A DNA stretch of 64,000 nucleotides from Botryllus schlosseri (Eukaryota). The DNA is taken from NCBI GenBank assembly GCA_051294905.1, contig CM119371.1:7442001-7506000 (forward strand). The letters are read 5' to 3'. The translations under genes were made by a program, and so were the position numbers. This document shows, piece by piece, positions 13,825 to 27,129 of this stretch. A model generated the notes under the pieces. The model was not told where the DNA came from. It did no database searches and saw only the letters and a program-made list of their open reading frames with translations. Numbering within the stretch: the stretch's first letter is position 1; every line of letters starts with the position of its first letter.

Positions 13825-14904
13825 GATTGTCAATCAACTATAATTATCCTACGATTATTATAATATAGTCAAGCACTGCTATTGAAGTAAAGATGATTAG
13901 TTAACTCTAGTAATGCCTGTTGAAAGAATCATAATACGTCCATCAACGTCACGAGTATGAATTGAAGGAAATTCAACTACACACAAGGTGAACACTGAAC
14001 AGTGCTAAATCAGAGGCATCCCTGCCATAATGCAGTAATGAAAACTTCTTACATCGATTTGCCTCAAGTTTTATTCTTGTATCAACACGAAACCAAAGAG
14101 TTATTGCGGTCGATTACCACCACCTCGCGAATGATAGAGTTGATTACCCGTATTTTGGAACATCAAAAATATTTTCATACTGTGGTATATTCCAGGGGCG
14201 GCCGCATCTGTTTCAATGCTCCAACCGAACATCACAAAAATTGGTTTTAAAGTAGCCGCAACACGAAAGATCACGCTTATTTCACTCAGAGATGCCACTG
14301 GGATATTTCAGAAAAACCCAGATGTGGAGGCCAAGTAAACCCAGATCCTATATTTTACTTAAATATCGATAAGATAACTGTGAAACTGGAGCCTGACAGT
14401 CATCAATTACAGTAATACGGTTATGGAATCCTTTAACATTGAATCTCCAATAGTTCAGGGAAGGAATGGACATAGTTTATTTTTGTCCTTGATGTTTTTG
14501 CGGTAATACACCGACTCACGATAGACATACACACGATCTGTGCATATGCAATGAATACCATGAGTGCATGATGTGCATATGCCGCTGGACAGTGGACAAG
14601 GAAGGTGCAGATAATAGCCTGATTCATGCTATATATTTTGCTCGGTTAACACTGCAAATATGTTGTTTTCCTCAAGACACATTGCTATGAAACAATTGCC
14701 GCGCGGCGTCAATACTTAATGGAGTATTAAATATATCATTGCACTGCAAATGGTCGTAAGCTCGTAACAGTGCCACCGATTCCCCATTTCTGAGGATGAT
14801 TTTCGTGTATTTTCAGTGACCTGACCAGATTGAAAGTAATAGCTTTCGATTGATTAATCCTGGCACAATCACTTTGATCTGAGATAATGACACATACCCA
14901 TTTT

Positions 14905-15952
14905 GGCCCCGTGGATATACTCAGATATCGCAGATATCGCAGATATCGCATATATCGCAGATATCACTACTGTGGATATACTCAGATATCGCAGATATCG
15001 CAGATATCACTGTGGATATAGTCAGATATCGCAGATATCACAAAAAACAGCAGACATAGAGGTCATATAAAGGTCACACGTTGTTTGAAACGTTCCAGGG
15101 TGCAGATATCGCGTCTGAAGCATGTCCGGGTCCATTCAGTGCGAAGATATCAGGTTCGCACCTTATCTGGGGGTATTTGCTGCGCAGATATCAGCTCCGA
15201 AGCATGTTCGAATCAAAATAATGCGCAGATATCAGCTCCGGAGCATGTCCGGATATATATAGAGCGCAGATATCAGGTCCGGGCCATACCTGGGTTCTTT
15301 CGATGCGCAGATATCAGCTCCGGAGCATGTCCGGATCAAAATAGAGCGCAGATATCAGGTCTGAGTCATGTCTGGCGCTGTTTGATGCGCAGATATCAGC
15401 TCCGGAGCATGTCCGGATATATATAGAGCGCAGATATCAGGTCTGAGTCATGTCTGGCGCTGTTTGATGCGCAGATATCAGCTCCGGAGCATGTCCGGAT
15501 CTATATAGAGCGCGGATATCAGGTCCGGGCCATACCTGGGTTCTTTCGATGCGCAGATATCAGCTCCGGAGCATGTCCGGATCAAAATAGAGCGCGGATA
15601 TCAGGTCTGAGTCATGTCTGGCGCTGTTTGATGCGCAGATATCAGGTCTGAGTCATGTCTGGCGCTGTTTGATGCGCAGATATCAGCTCCGGAGCATGTC
15701 CGGATCTATATAGAGCGCGGATATCAGGTCCGGGCCATACCTGGGTTCTTTTGATGCGCAGATATCAGCTCCGGAGCATGTCCGGATCAAAATAGAGCGC
15801 AGATATCAGGTCTGAGGCATGTCCGGCGCTGTTTGATGCGCAGATATCAGGTCTGAGGCATGTCTGGCGCTGTTTGATGCGCAGATATCAGCTCCGGAGC
15901 ATGTCCGGATCAAAATAGAGCGCAGATATCAGGTCTGAGGCATGTCTGGCGC
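14905..15952 (+). repeat. Left TIR arm: 9-bp CAGATATCG repeats followed by an array of 41-bp subrepeats
   Basis: Core GCGCAGATATCAG(C/G)TC recurs every 41 bp with a few interchangeable unit variants. Reverse complement of the right arm. Confidence 0.9.
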
Positions 15953-15966
15953 CAATTGGAGCGAAG

Positions 15967-18858
15967 ATGTCAGCTTTTGTTGCGCAGCACCGAATTTTGC
16001 AAGTTGACAAACCAGCGTTGGGATCAAGTCACTACCTTCGAGTCACGAGTCATTTCGAGTCATTGCACATTTTGACTCGAGTCAAGTCAAGTCAATCTAT
16101 TTTCAAAGGTGACTCGAGTCAAGTCAAGTCACTCGATTTTTGGAAGTGACTCGAGTCAAGTCGAGTCAAGTCAAGTCAAGTCACGAGTCAAGTCACATTT
16201 CAAGTCAAGTTGGCTATTCGAAGTATGAGACATGATTACGTCATTGCTATTTGCTAGCTGTCTGAACTACAGATTGAGTGGTCATTGATTCCGAACCGAT
16301 GAACGAATATAGAGTTAAATATAAACGCAAAAGGCGCTGCATCGCTCACATATAGGCATACGTAGAACTGTTTAACAGCGTAATTGCATAGCCTCAGTTT
16401 ATAGTTACCAGCCAAAATCGAGAATAGAGAAACAAATTGATAAGTTGCAATACATTACCCATTTACAAAAAGATATGATACAATTCGAGCCTGCGCCAAT
16501 GGTTGACCTTGAGAATTATATAAACTATAATCGAATTGAATTTCAAAAAAATATCATGTTTGGTTAAGGTAAGAACAGAGAACAGAAATAAACATTTGGC
16601 TATGTTATTACTTTACTACTAAAGTTACGACAGACAACGTAAGCTGTAAGCTTCGATCACTTCGTTTGCGGTCAATTTATTTTGTGAGAGAACAATCGAG
16701 GTTCAGTGAAACGCATGATCATTGAATGATTGGTCGCTCTCACTGGTTACTCCAGCGTTTCGCGAACAATCCGAACATATGCAATACAGTGATTTTAATC
16801 GACATCGATTACTTGATGACTTGAAATTGACTCGTGAATTTTGCTCCGAATCACGAGTCAATCCACATTTCTGATACGCCGAGTCAAGTCAAGTCAAGTC
16901 ATTTTAGCAAAGTGACTCGAGTCAAGTCAAGTCATGCGAAAAATGTGACTCGAGTCATCCCAACACTGTGACAAACTATATCGCTTCGAAGTATCAAAAG
17001 TCATTCACAAATATTTTTCCAATAGTTTGCCTTTTGTGTTTGATGACTTTTTCATGCCTGCTAAAAATGTCCAGCAGTTGGTGGAAGTACCCAAAGGAAG
17101 AAAAGAAAACGTTTACTTCGTTGTGAATAACAAATCAAATATTCGAAGACAAGGAGACAACCGTAATAATGTTTTCATAGACGATTGTGGTGCTTGGGTT
17201 AGTTTTCATCGATCCAAGGTGTACTACATCAAAGACAATGACAGTGATAATCTAAAAAATATCTACAAATACGAAGGGGAGATTTGTAGGCGGGTTAGAG
17301 TTGGAAAAGATGATTATGCATACATCCCACTGCCATCATCGTCCGATGATATCACCCAGCGCAATTCTGTTTAAGAATTGTGCATTTATTTTTGCAAAAA
17401 TAGGGTAAACCCAAATTATAAACGTAAAATATCATGGATAAAGGATTGCAACAAGGAAATTGCAGTGTATGAATACCTGGGAACACATCCCGGGCACGAT
17501 ATTCATGGAAATGCCGGATCTGCTTCAGCTAGTAATTATGTAAGAAGCTCAGTCGAGTTTCTGAAGGAAGTAAAGCGACTTACCACGTTCATGCCACCCA
17601 AAAAGGCCTACACAACCCTTATGAAAAATAATGATCTGAAAATGCAACCGGAAAATCATCAGCAAATGCGTGACCAAAAGCGACTGAGAAAAAGAAAAGA
17701 AATCCAATCGGAAACTTCCGTTAATAAGAGACAGTGCTCCATCTCAGACGACTATCAAAGGGTGATGAGCATGGTAACAAGTCACCCTTATGTGAGATCA
17801 TGCGTAATGGATAAGAGCGAACCATTTCGCGCAACCCTTTACATTAAGGATTAAATAAGAGACATTAAACGATGTTGCTTTTCAGGTCACACCCCGCTGT
17901 GCGTAGACAAAACGTACAATCTAGAGGGAATGTCTTTGCGACAATCACGGCCTATAAGAGCTTGACCGTAACAAGAACAGATTCTACAGATTCTGCGGAA
18001 TCAGCTATATTCATAGGCCCTATATTTCCGCATACGAAATCATCTAAAATGTCATACGCTAATTTTGCTAACCAACTGCAAAAAATCTTTCCGGACGCCG
18101 GCAAGCTAATAATTGGAACAGACGATGAAATTGCGATGCACAGCACGTTATTGAAAGCACTATCCGGTGTAGAACATATTCTATGCTTCAATCACTTGAA
18201 AAAAAATTTAAAGGATCACCTAATTAAGGTCGGGGCAAGTGAGTTTATTCGAAAGTCCATAATTGAGAGCGTAACGAGTCTATTGGAGTCATCGTGCCTT
18301 GCCATGTTCTCGTCACGAGAGGATAATTTAAGAAGTTATTGCGAGACTAATTGTCCGCAGATAATGTCATATATTAACCACGGATTCCTTGAGAAGGCTC
18401 GCTGTAAAGTCTGGGCACCAAACAAGACACTGCGCTCCCGCAATGCTGCTGCAGACAGATTTTTCACCACAAATAATGTGGAAACTGCAAATTTTATGAT
18501 TAAAGTTGAAACTCAGTGGAAAAAACATTCAAAAGTGTCGGACTTGATCGTAGTATTGTACGATTTAGTGACAAGCATGTTCTTAGACCTTCAACGATCA
18601 TTTTATAAAGCTGGGTTGTATCGGCTTAAGGAGCAGTTTTCGAAGTATCAGATGGGTTTGTATGAATGGGATGCTAAATCAGACAAAGAAAAAAGATTGA
18701 TATTTGATAGATTCCTGTCAGAGCCCATCATGCGTCATAAGAAATGTCAGACATCATCCGATGGAAAGTTGCTGGTAACAGTGCCTGAAAAAAACGCGGG
18801 GAAAAAGCCAGGCCATGCCGGCCGAAAACGCAAGACAAAACTGAGGACATTTCTGTGA
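15967..18858 (+). pseudogene. MULE DDE transposase, disrupted (MITE insertion, 2 stops, 1 frameshift)
   Basis: ATG 15967 is in frame with ORF 17027 once the MITE and one TSD are removed. Stops at 17372-17374 and 17852-17854; frameshift at ~17925. Motifs LCVDKTYNL (D1), IIGTDDEIAM (D2), HILCFNHL (CxxH), TTNNVET (E), basic tail GKKPGHAGRKRK. Confidence 0.85.
16013..16968. mobile_element. GACTCGAGTC/AGTCA-rich hAT MITE (CAG[C/T]GTTGGGAT ends) inserted in the MULE transposase
   Basis: TIR CAGCGTTGGGAT...ATCCCAACACTG. Perfect 8-bp TSD TGACAAAC (16005-16012, 16969-16976). Confidence 0.9.
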
Positions 18859-19776
18859 AACCTTTTAATCCTTATAACAATTGGATAATACAGTGCCTTC
18901 GTTTCAGTCTATTCGTTCTTGTTTCATTTATACAACGTCCGTAGTGGGCCTATACTCAGCATGTTTTTCATTTTTGTGTTTTTTTTGTGTGCTTTCAATA
19001 CATTAAATGCCAGTTAAATTGAACAACGCAATGGCATTAACAACAGAGCTTACCCGTGTCGTCTGCGCTGCGACTGTCAGCTTAATCGAATACGCAGGAT
19101 AGTCGGCAAACGACTCGCTATCACTCTCTCTCTCTCGTCTTCTCTCTTCTCTCTCTCTCCATCTTCCTCCTCTTCTCTATTCTCTCCTCTCTCCCCCACA
19201 CGTTAGCACCAAATACGAGCCGTGCCGAATTCTTCGGCCAGTTTGGTTTGGTTATTGGTTGTGGTATTCATGGTGTTTGTCGACTACTAAGGTAAATTGG
19301 TCATTTACATCAGGCCGATATTGCTCATTTAATTATTCAGTGTAGCTGCCGACTTGTAGCTCGGTCCACTTATTCTACGCTTTATGTAATACATCGATTA
19401 CGCGGATGAGATGGCGAAGAGTATCCTAGATAAACCTCCAACACATAGGTAGGAATTCTGGAGTCCACCTCGGTCGGACTCGAACCCACAACCTATCGGT
19501 GTCGTATTGTATATATAACTGTATAGAATAGTCTAAGATCAGACAGCCAACTGGGCCTAGGCGATGTAAAGAGGAGGCATGCACACTGAATGAAAGTAAA
19601 TAGAAGATAATATAAAGTGGCAAGTGACGGAAAGCGAGATCGATATGTCAGGCCGTGGTTCGGTAAATGGTGAGGGCTGACTAGTATGTATTTAAAGCGA
19701 ATTCTGTAGCCGTATTTCTTAAAATATACACTGCTGTGTCTCGAAAATCCGCGCTGTGCGCATGGAAGAGACTCCT

Positions 19777-20912
19777 GACCTGATATTAGCGCTCTATTTT
19801 TAACTGGACATGCTCTGGAGCCGATATTTGCGCATCAAAACAACCCAGGTATGGCCCGGACCTGGTATTCGAGCTCTATATATATCCGGACATGCTCCGG
19901 AGCTGCTATCTGCACACTATTTTGATTCGAACATGCTTCGAAGCTGATATCTGCGCATCAAACAGCGCCAGACATGCCTCAGACCTGATATCTGCGCATC
20001 AAACAGCGCCGAACATGCCTCAGACCTGATATCTGCGCTCTATTTTGATCCGGACATGCTCCGGAGCTGATATCTGCGCATCAAACAGCGCCAGACATGC
20101 CTCAGACCTGATATCTGCGCATCAAACAGCGCCGGACATGCCTCAGACCTGATATCTGCGCTCTATTTTGATCCGGACATGCTCCGGAGCTGATATCTGC
20201 GCATCAAAAGAACCCAGGTATGGCCCGGACCTGATATCCGCGCTCTATATAGATCCGGACATGCTCCGGAGCTGATATCTGCGCATCAAACAGCGCCAGA
20301 CATGACTCAGACCTGATATCTGCGCTCTATATATATCCGGACATGCTCCGGAGCTGATATCTGCGCATCAAACAGCGCCAGACATGACTCAGACCTGATA
20401 TCTGCGCTCTATTTTGATCCGGACATGCTCCGGAGCTGATATCTGCGCATCAAACAGCGCCAGACATGACTCAGACCTGATATCTGCGCTCTATTTTGAT
20501 CCGGACATGCTCCGGAGCTGATATCTGCGCATCGAAAGAACCCAGGTATGGCCCGGACCTGATATCTGCGCTCTATATATATCCGGACATGCTCCGGAGC
20601 TGATATCTGCGCATTATTTTGATTCGAACATGCTTCGGAGCTGATATCTGCGCAGCAAATACCCCCAGATAAGGTGCGAACCTGATATCTGCGCACTGAA
20701 TGGACCCAGACATGCTTCAGACGCGATATCTGCACCCTGGAACGTTTCAAACAACGTGTGACCTTTATATGACCTCTATGTCTGCTGTTTTTTGTGATAT
20801 CTGCGATATCTGAGTATATCCACAGTGATATCTGCGATATCTGCGATATCTGAGTATATCCACAGTAGTGATATCTGCGATATCTGCGATATCTGAGTAT
20901 ATCCACGGGGCC
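19777..20912 (-). repeat. Right TIR arm of the MULE (41-bp subrepeat array, inner units degenerate)
   Basis: Inverted copy of the left arm. The outer ~500 bp are nearly identical; inner unit order and number differ. Confidence 0.9.
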
Positions 20913-22453
20913 CCCATTTTTGGTCGAAATAATTACTGACGAATCATGAAATTCAGGCTATATTCGAATGCGCTGATAACCAACACCTCTGCCTAAATTG
21001 CTTGGGGTGTCCAACTGTCTCCCCGAGTATCTCAGTTGGAACTAAATATTTTAAGATAACAATATGATATATTAGTCAGATCATCACCGGGTCTATCCAT
21101 TTGGATACTTTACAGTTACACATGTTACGGTATTTATCGAATTTGTTGGAGTGGAGTGATACTAGTATTCAAGTCTTAAATCGTTTCAAATGGTAAAATA
21201 ACCTTTCCAATGATTCGCCCTATGAACATGGCTTTCTGCGAATTGAAGGCTCCAATTCAATGAAACTCCATCGCATCACGCCGAGGCTCCTCATTTTAGT
21301 AGTGAAACTATCGAATGTGACTACAGTCTCTACAAGACTCTGGGCGAACTGAAGTGCGTGGATTTTACGACATTATGATCTTACTAATATTATAATAAAT
21401 TTTTGAGCACAAAACTGACCTGACGAACATGATGTTGAAATGAACCCAGATTTCAAGGACAAAAACCCAGAAACCCAGTTGATGCTTAAAAAACCCAGAC
21501 CTGGGTGGAAAAACCCATGAGTGGCATCTGTTCACTCCGTGTTTGGAAACGAAATCAGCGAAGCATGTGGCATGTCAGTGCCACCTGACGGATTAGTTTT
21601 TGCATTTGTAGTGTAGTGCAGCCGTTACCGATGATATATATTATATATATATCATTGTGGTTACTGACGGGGTGAACCTTGTGCTATCAGTAACAATTAT
21701 TCAGTGTATCAATATTTTCATCCTTTCAAAACACCACAAGACTGCGACTAGGCGATGTAGAGAATAGGCATGCACGCTGAATGAAAAGTTAAACAGAGAA
21801 CATAAAAGGCATGCTAGCCCTACAAATGGGTACACGGTACAGTCTTTGAAAATATATACATTTACGATGATACAGGAGCTATTTAGTGCAGTTTTTACGA
21901 CTCACAAATGTGTATCAGATTCATCACAAAACTAATTTATACTTTTCAAAATCCAAAGTGTCGAAAGTAGATAGTTGTGGGCCTAAACAACATTTCAAGT
22001 AGTAGCGGAAGTAAAATTTTAAAATGTCACCATTAGGGCATGTGACGCAAATAAGCAAAACGTACTCAAGTACTGCGAATAGGAACAATCTTCAGCAACA
22101 TATTCAGTTACGATATGTGGCTATTTTACGGCCTTCTTATGACAATTTCACTCATTAAAATGATCCCAATTATCCAAAAGCTACTTTTTACTTTCCAAAA
22201 CCCAATGTGTGAAAAGTAGTTTGCATATAATCTGTTCAAGTAGTTGCTGTTACTAATGGTATAAAAAGATAGCCACTTCAGTACTCCCAAAAGTAGAAGT
22301 ACATTGTTATAGACCCCCTCTAGCAATATGTCAAAAAGTGGAGAAGATTATCTGGAGCCGCGTGGACTTGTCTCTCTCTCTCACACTGTAAAATCTGCAT
22401 TCACTGTGTACTCTTTGTTATTCATTTGTTGTTGATACTTGGTTGTTCTAAAT

Positions 22454-22885
22454 CAGGGACGGGCAACATGCGGCCTGCAGACAACTCCCGGTCGTATACG
22501 ATAATGTGACCGTCGTCTACATTCACTCGCGAGCCATCGTTTTTGACCATGAACATTAGCCTAACAAGATAAAGCCTCGTTCCAATCAAACTTTTACGGG
22601 CAGTCTCTACAGAGGGTTTGTACGTCCAACATGCAGCCAGATAGTTCAAAGAACTTTCTCGACCACAGATTAATTTTAGCAGCTCTTGAATTACATCACG
22701 TTACTGAATTCAGTAACTACTATTTTTGGTCTCTATGCTTTACGCTCAAAGTTTATATTATGTACGATTTGTTCCTTGTATAGGTAGATAAAGACGCGAT
22801 TGATGTATCGATTCAGCAATCCGGCCCGCCAAGTACTTCATGTTTCCATATCCGGCCCGCTGAACGGAGAAGTTGCCCGCCCCCG
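22454..22885. mobile_element. hAT (Charlie-like) MITE
   Basis: Ends CAGGGACGGGCAAC...GTTGCCCGCCCCCG. TSD TTCTAAAT on both sides; GGCCCG subterminal motifs. Confidence 0.8.
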
Positions 22886-22896
22886 TTCTAAATGTT

Positions 22897-23060
22897 CATC
22901 ATCATCATCATCATTGGTTTATTAGCAATTTTATCAGTTCAATACACCACAAAAAATGCGATACAATGAAAAGACAGGAGTAGTCTATGGAATCTGACAC
23001 CCACCTTGGCCTAGGCGATGTAAAGAGGAGGCATGCACACTGAATGAAAGTAAAGAAGAT
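22897..23060 (-). mobile_element. Possible 3' end of a LINE/SINE-type retroposon (short related pieces at ~19553-19600 and ~21748-21790)
   Basis: The minus strand ends in AATAAA + (TGA)n tail. The block CTAGGCGATGTAAAGAGGAGGCATGCACACTGAATGAAAG recurs three times in unrelated contexts. Confidence 0.35.
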
Positions 23061-23745
23061 AGAATAGAAAAAGAATGCGACAAGAAATACCGCATAATAA
23101 TCAGGTTGACAACTCGCTAGATTCCCAATTTCATGCTTTCAACACAGTTTATTTTTTACAAACAGTATACAAGTGAGAAACCCAATTATTCGTGATTCAT
23201 TTCGCAGGAAATTATAAGAGTTTACTCTTACGCAGTTGTAAGCAACAGATAGAACGAAGACAGAGAGACATTGAATTTCAAGCTTAACCTGAACACAGTC
23301 GTGTCTTAGAATGTGCAACCTATATTGCAGTTTCCTCAAGTCAAGAAAGAGACCGTGTTTCGTCTTCGGGAATAGTGAGGGTTAACATATCTGCAAAAGC
23401 AATGGTTCTTGTCCTTTTTCGTAGCCATGGCACAATTTCCATTTTGCAAATATGCCATGACCCACCACTAGGCCTCAGTCTCATTTTAAGCCACTGCAAT
23501 ACGGCAGGTTTAGGCATAGAAGTTCATATTAAATCATAGTTCGTTCTCATGAGCACGAGAATGGCAAACGTATGAATCGCAAGCTTGGCTCGTTTCAAAC
23601 AATACAGTTCTTCTGTAGCCTTTACAAGAAAACCAGAAATTAAAGTGGAACATTTCCCAAATTAGTTTAGAGTCATATTACTGGCACTTTACTCGAATTA
23701 GTCGAATAAGTCAACTAAAACTATCCATTTGTCCAAGTCTATCTG

Positions 23746-23998
23746 TTACTTGGGGCCTGCAGTGCTCTTCGCCTGGTCACTAGATGTCGACAAAGTGAAG
23801 GAGGCACTTTTCATAAAGAGTTCTCCCTCGCCACATTTGAAATTTTGTCGGTGCCGGATTCCGTCGTTGTGACAACCTGTGACCCAGGGAGGGAGTCTGG
23901 GGTTTAAATTTTACGAATTCTTCGTTTGACTGAGCCACCAAATAATTACTCGCTTAGGAACGTCGAACAGGACTGGGCCGGTTCACGTCCTCCTCGGT
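23746..23998 (-). pseudogene. Terminal-exon relic 'A' (copy 1)
   Basis: Minus-strand acceptor CTGAC..TTTTTGCAG. Encodes a disrupted ..EEFVKFKPQ..AGPK*. Paralogues at 34126-34376, 43495-43741 and 62929-63159. Confidence 0.4.
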
Positions 23999-24951
23999 CT
24001 GCAAAAAATAGTAGGGGGTCAGTCAATACTAGTATTGGAATCACGGGGTTTCAAGGTATATTTCTAATCCCGATCCCGCGATTAACTCTATTGAAATCCC
24101 TGGATATCGAGAATGCATCTATCAGAGCTCAAGTAGCGCTAACTTTATTCTTAAAACGGCGTTACAATACAAGCTGACTGCGACTATGGCACAATAATGA
24201 CCTGCGCCAGTGGTCTTCAATCTTTTTCGTCATGGTACACCATAGGTCACTCAAAACTTGTCCATCACAGTTCACATAATAAATTGAATTCATAGTAATC
24301 ATAATCAGAAGAGGGATGGGTTCGGCTGCAATCTATCGGAGATTCTAATGCTAGAAAGTAATCAGAGCTCTGGATTACCAGATAAAAATATAGCAGTGGT
24401 TTTCAACAGGAGGTCTACGAAACACTTTCAGGATACCGCAAACCGATTGATAAATATAATTTGTGATATTGGAAACCAGGGTAGATTATCTGAAGCAGTT
24501 TTGCTTCATAACTTATGAAACTTTGTAGGTTACATCAGCCGGATGGGCGTTTGAGACATGATATCAAGCTCTGCCAGCTCATTTTATTTGACTGCAAGCC
24601 ATGTAGTCAATGGGTCGACCTATTGATACGAACTTTTGGCTGTATCGGGCTGTTTCGTTGAGGTTTACGGATTTACTGCAAATTTGGAATAGAAAGGTCA
24701 AAAAGAGTGATCACAATCAGAAACCGCTCAAGCGATGACATTCTCGCTGCTCTCACGATTTTGCGTCAGTAAATGAATGTAACTTCGCTAATCTTGGGGT
24801 TAAGGAGTGAAAATCCCAATCCTGGGATTCAAATTTTAATCCCAAAATCACAACTCTAGTGCAGGACTTCCCCTAAAAACTCGCCATCTTCCGTGGGTCC
24901 TGCACTTATTTTGGTATCCCATCTTGAAAGATACTTTTCAAAACTCTTTAA

Positions 24952-25653
24952 GGGGACTAGCAAGTCAAATTTTAGAAAAAATATGAAAATTTTCAATTTT
25001 TTTTCTTTGCTTGAAATATCGACATAGTAGGCTACCTATACTCTTACCTTATGGCCTTATCTTACCCAAAACATAACTAATAACTTCATAATTTCGATTT
25101 TCATCGGCACCGGGTTTAGTATCTTTTATTACTGGTAAAATGTTTAATAACGTTTTTCTCCATTGTAAAATTTTGTTAAACAGCTTCACGGTAAAATAAA
25201 AATTTGTATGACATACATGTCATATAGTATTCAGTGACGATTTTTTGGAAAAGCTAACAAAGAGACCTGTGTTATGCTAAGAGACGTTTGGCCTAGGTCT
25301 ACCTTGCTCTGAATTACAGAGCTTCACAGCAGACTTTTTGAGAAAATGACCTGAAATTTGAAATTTCAAAATGGAATTTCTCCTAGGGGGGTTGCACATA
25401 TTCCTTCAAATTTTAGCATAACACAGCACTGTCCTAGTACTTCCTAAAGAAGGCGTGAGATTGAAAAAAGGGCTTCACAATATTGAGATGTAGCATTCCT
25501 CGTGTCGGTGCATTTTTTCTCCTTCAAATCCACAATCTGCAGGGTAAAACTAAACTTTTTGTTTTTTGTATATAACATAGCGACATCCAGCGACTGAAAT
25601 TCATGGTGATGGGGTAGCCATCAGAGAGTTAGGTTTTTGACTTGCTAGTCCCC
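24952..25653. mobile_element. TTAA-target non-autonomous element, Kolobok-like
   Basis: TIR GGGGACTAGCAAGTCAAA...TTTGACTTGCTAGTCCCC flanked by TTAA. Purine-starting ends fit Kolobok better than piggyBac. Confidence 0.75.
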
Positions 25654-25971
25654 TTAAGTAGGTTCGCTTTACTTCTACAACTACCTCCAGTGGCTCGTTT
25701 TTCCACTCTTACACTTCTACTGAACAGATTTGTAGGAAAAACTAGTTGTTTGTTACACTTTGGCTCCCGTGGGAAGAAGTTTTGTGATACTTGCAATTCT
25801 TACTCGAGTGGTAACAATTTCAAACTATTTCCATTGCAGTTTTTTTGCAAACTAATCCTAGAATAATTAACTTTTTCACTAATTTGGAAATTTCTACTTC
25901 TACTTGTAGCCTACTTGAGTAGAAATTTACAACACTGCTTAGCCTCTTATTTGAGTGGCAACGATGAATAC

Positions 25972-26188
25972 CTTGATATCTGCTCACGAAACAGCAATCT
26001 CGATTCAATCCCAACCTTCACCCACATTCGTCACTCACCTTCTTACATCGGGATCAACCGACTTTCCCTGTGGGCACCAACACCAACGGTGGGACCTGGA
26101 GCACTTTCTGATGGACAACCGCACGTTGCTGGGTCGATCTTGACCAGTTCGGTGGTGGGCCAGGAATCCATCCCGAATGAGGGGGACT
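25972..26188 (-). pseudogene. Internal-exon relic 'B' (copy 2)
   Basis: Acceptor CCCTTTTATTCCAG and candidate donor AAG|GTATT on the minus strand. Homologous to 1-161 and 63394-63616. Confidence 0.4.
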
Positions 26189-27129
26189 CTGGAATAAAAG
26201 GGATTCAGTTTCTAGGGAAACATGAAACAATTTGGAGGATATTACATGATACGTTTGAATCATTACACTGGTAAAATAGATATCTCTGGTTTCGAGAGTG
26301 TATTCATGACTGGTTTTCAAATCTAGTTACATAATTCAGTGGTTTGAAACACCGCAAATTCAACTGCTACCTGAAGTAGGCTACATATGGGTTGCTTGGA
26401 ACAGCAATACTATTACTAATACTTGAGTGAAATATGCACCTTCTTGAATACTTTGACAACTTCTGATCATGCATGCAGACTGGGGTTGTTCAGAAAATTT
26501 TTTTTTTCGAATTCCGAGGATTCACTGATTATATTGCTAGGTTGCCTTAAAATCGCTCCACACCAATTTGGCTCGACTCCATCTAGTGAAAGCCGACGTA
26601 GAGCCATTGAAATTTTGGAAATTATCATGAATTTTTTTTCTTCAAATTTCACTGTCAAGGCCATAAAATTGTTAAGTTGCTTAAAAGAACAATGCATAAC
26701 AATTTTTCTCAATTCAAGCTGGTAGAAGCAAAGTTACTGCAGTTGAAAGTTTTAGGTTTGCAAAAGAGTGTTGATGGTGAGTAATCCCAGAATTATTAAT
26801 GAAAAACTCAATTAACTTCTCTATTACGGGTTGGAATTGCTTCAAATTTGCTTTGCAACTTTTTGTAGACAACTCAACAATTTCATGAGGTTCAGAGCAA
26901 CAAAAAAAAAATTCTAATAAATACAGTAATAAATTTCAATTGACTCTGCCTCGACTTCTACTGGTAGGAATTCAGCCAAACTTGGTGTGCAGCAGTTCTT
27001 AGGCAACCTGACATTCTAATCAGTGAATCCCGTGGATATGGAAAATAAGTTATTTTTGAACAATCCTAATGAATGCAATCGCTGATACCGGTAGTTATTT
27101 CTATCTGTGACTATTTCGTGTCAACCAAA

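Larger units (their letters stand above)
14905..20912 (+). mobile_element. Mutator-like (MULE) DNA transposon with long foldback-type TIRs
   Basis: Ends GGCCCCGTGGATATACTCAGATATC...GATATCTGAGTATATCCACGGGGCC. 8-bp TSD CCCATTTT (14897-14904, 20913-20920). Internal MULE-type transposase. Confidence 0.9.
14289..21530. mobile_element. Outer non-autonomous TIR element hosting the MULE insertion
   Basis: Ends (G)AGATGCCACT...AGTGGCATCTG. Near-perfect 8-bp TSD TTCACTCA (14281-14288) / TTCACTCC (21531-21538). AAAACCCAG motifs cluster near both ends. Confidence 0.6.

Noticed and set aside
15085..15952. Regularly spaced 41-bp repeats as a CRISPR array; ORFs 15085-15426 and 20409-20906 as genes
   Set aside because: The 'spacers' are a few recurring variants, the array is mirrored at the other end of a TSD-flanked transposon, and there are no cas genes. 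The ORFs are translations of the TIR repeats.
19125..19197. CT-rich tract, poly-G at ~8180-8193 and (TA)n tracts as functional elements
   Set aside because: Simple low-complexity sequence with no supporting context.
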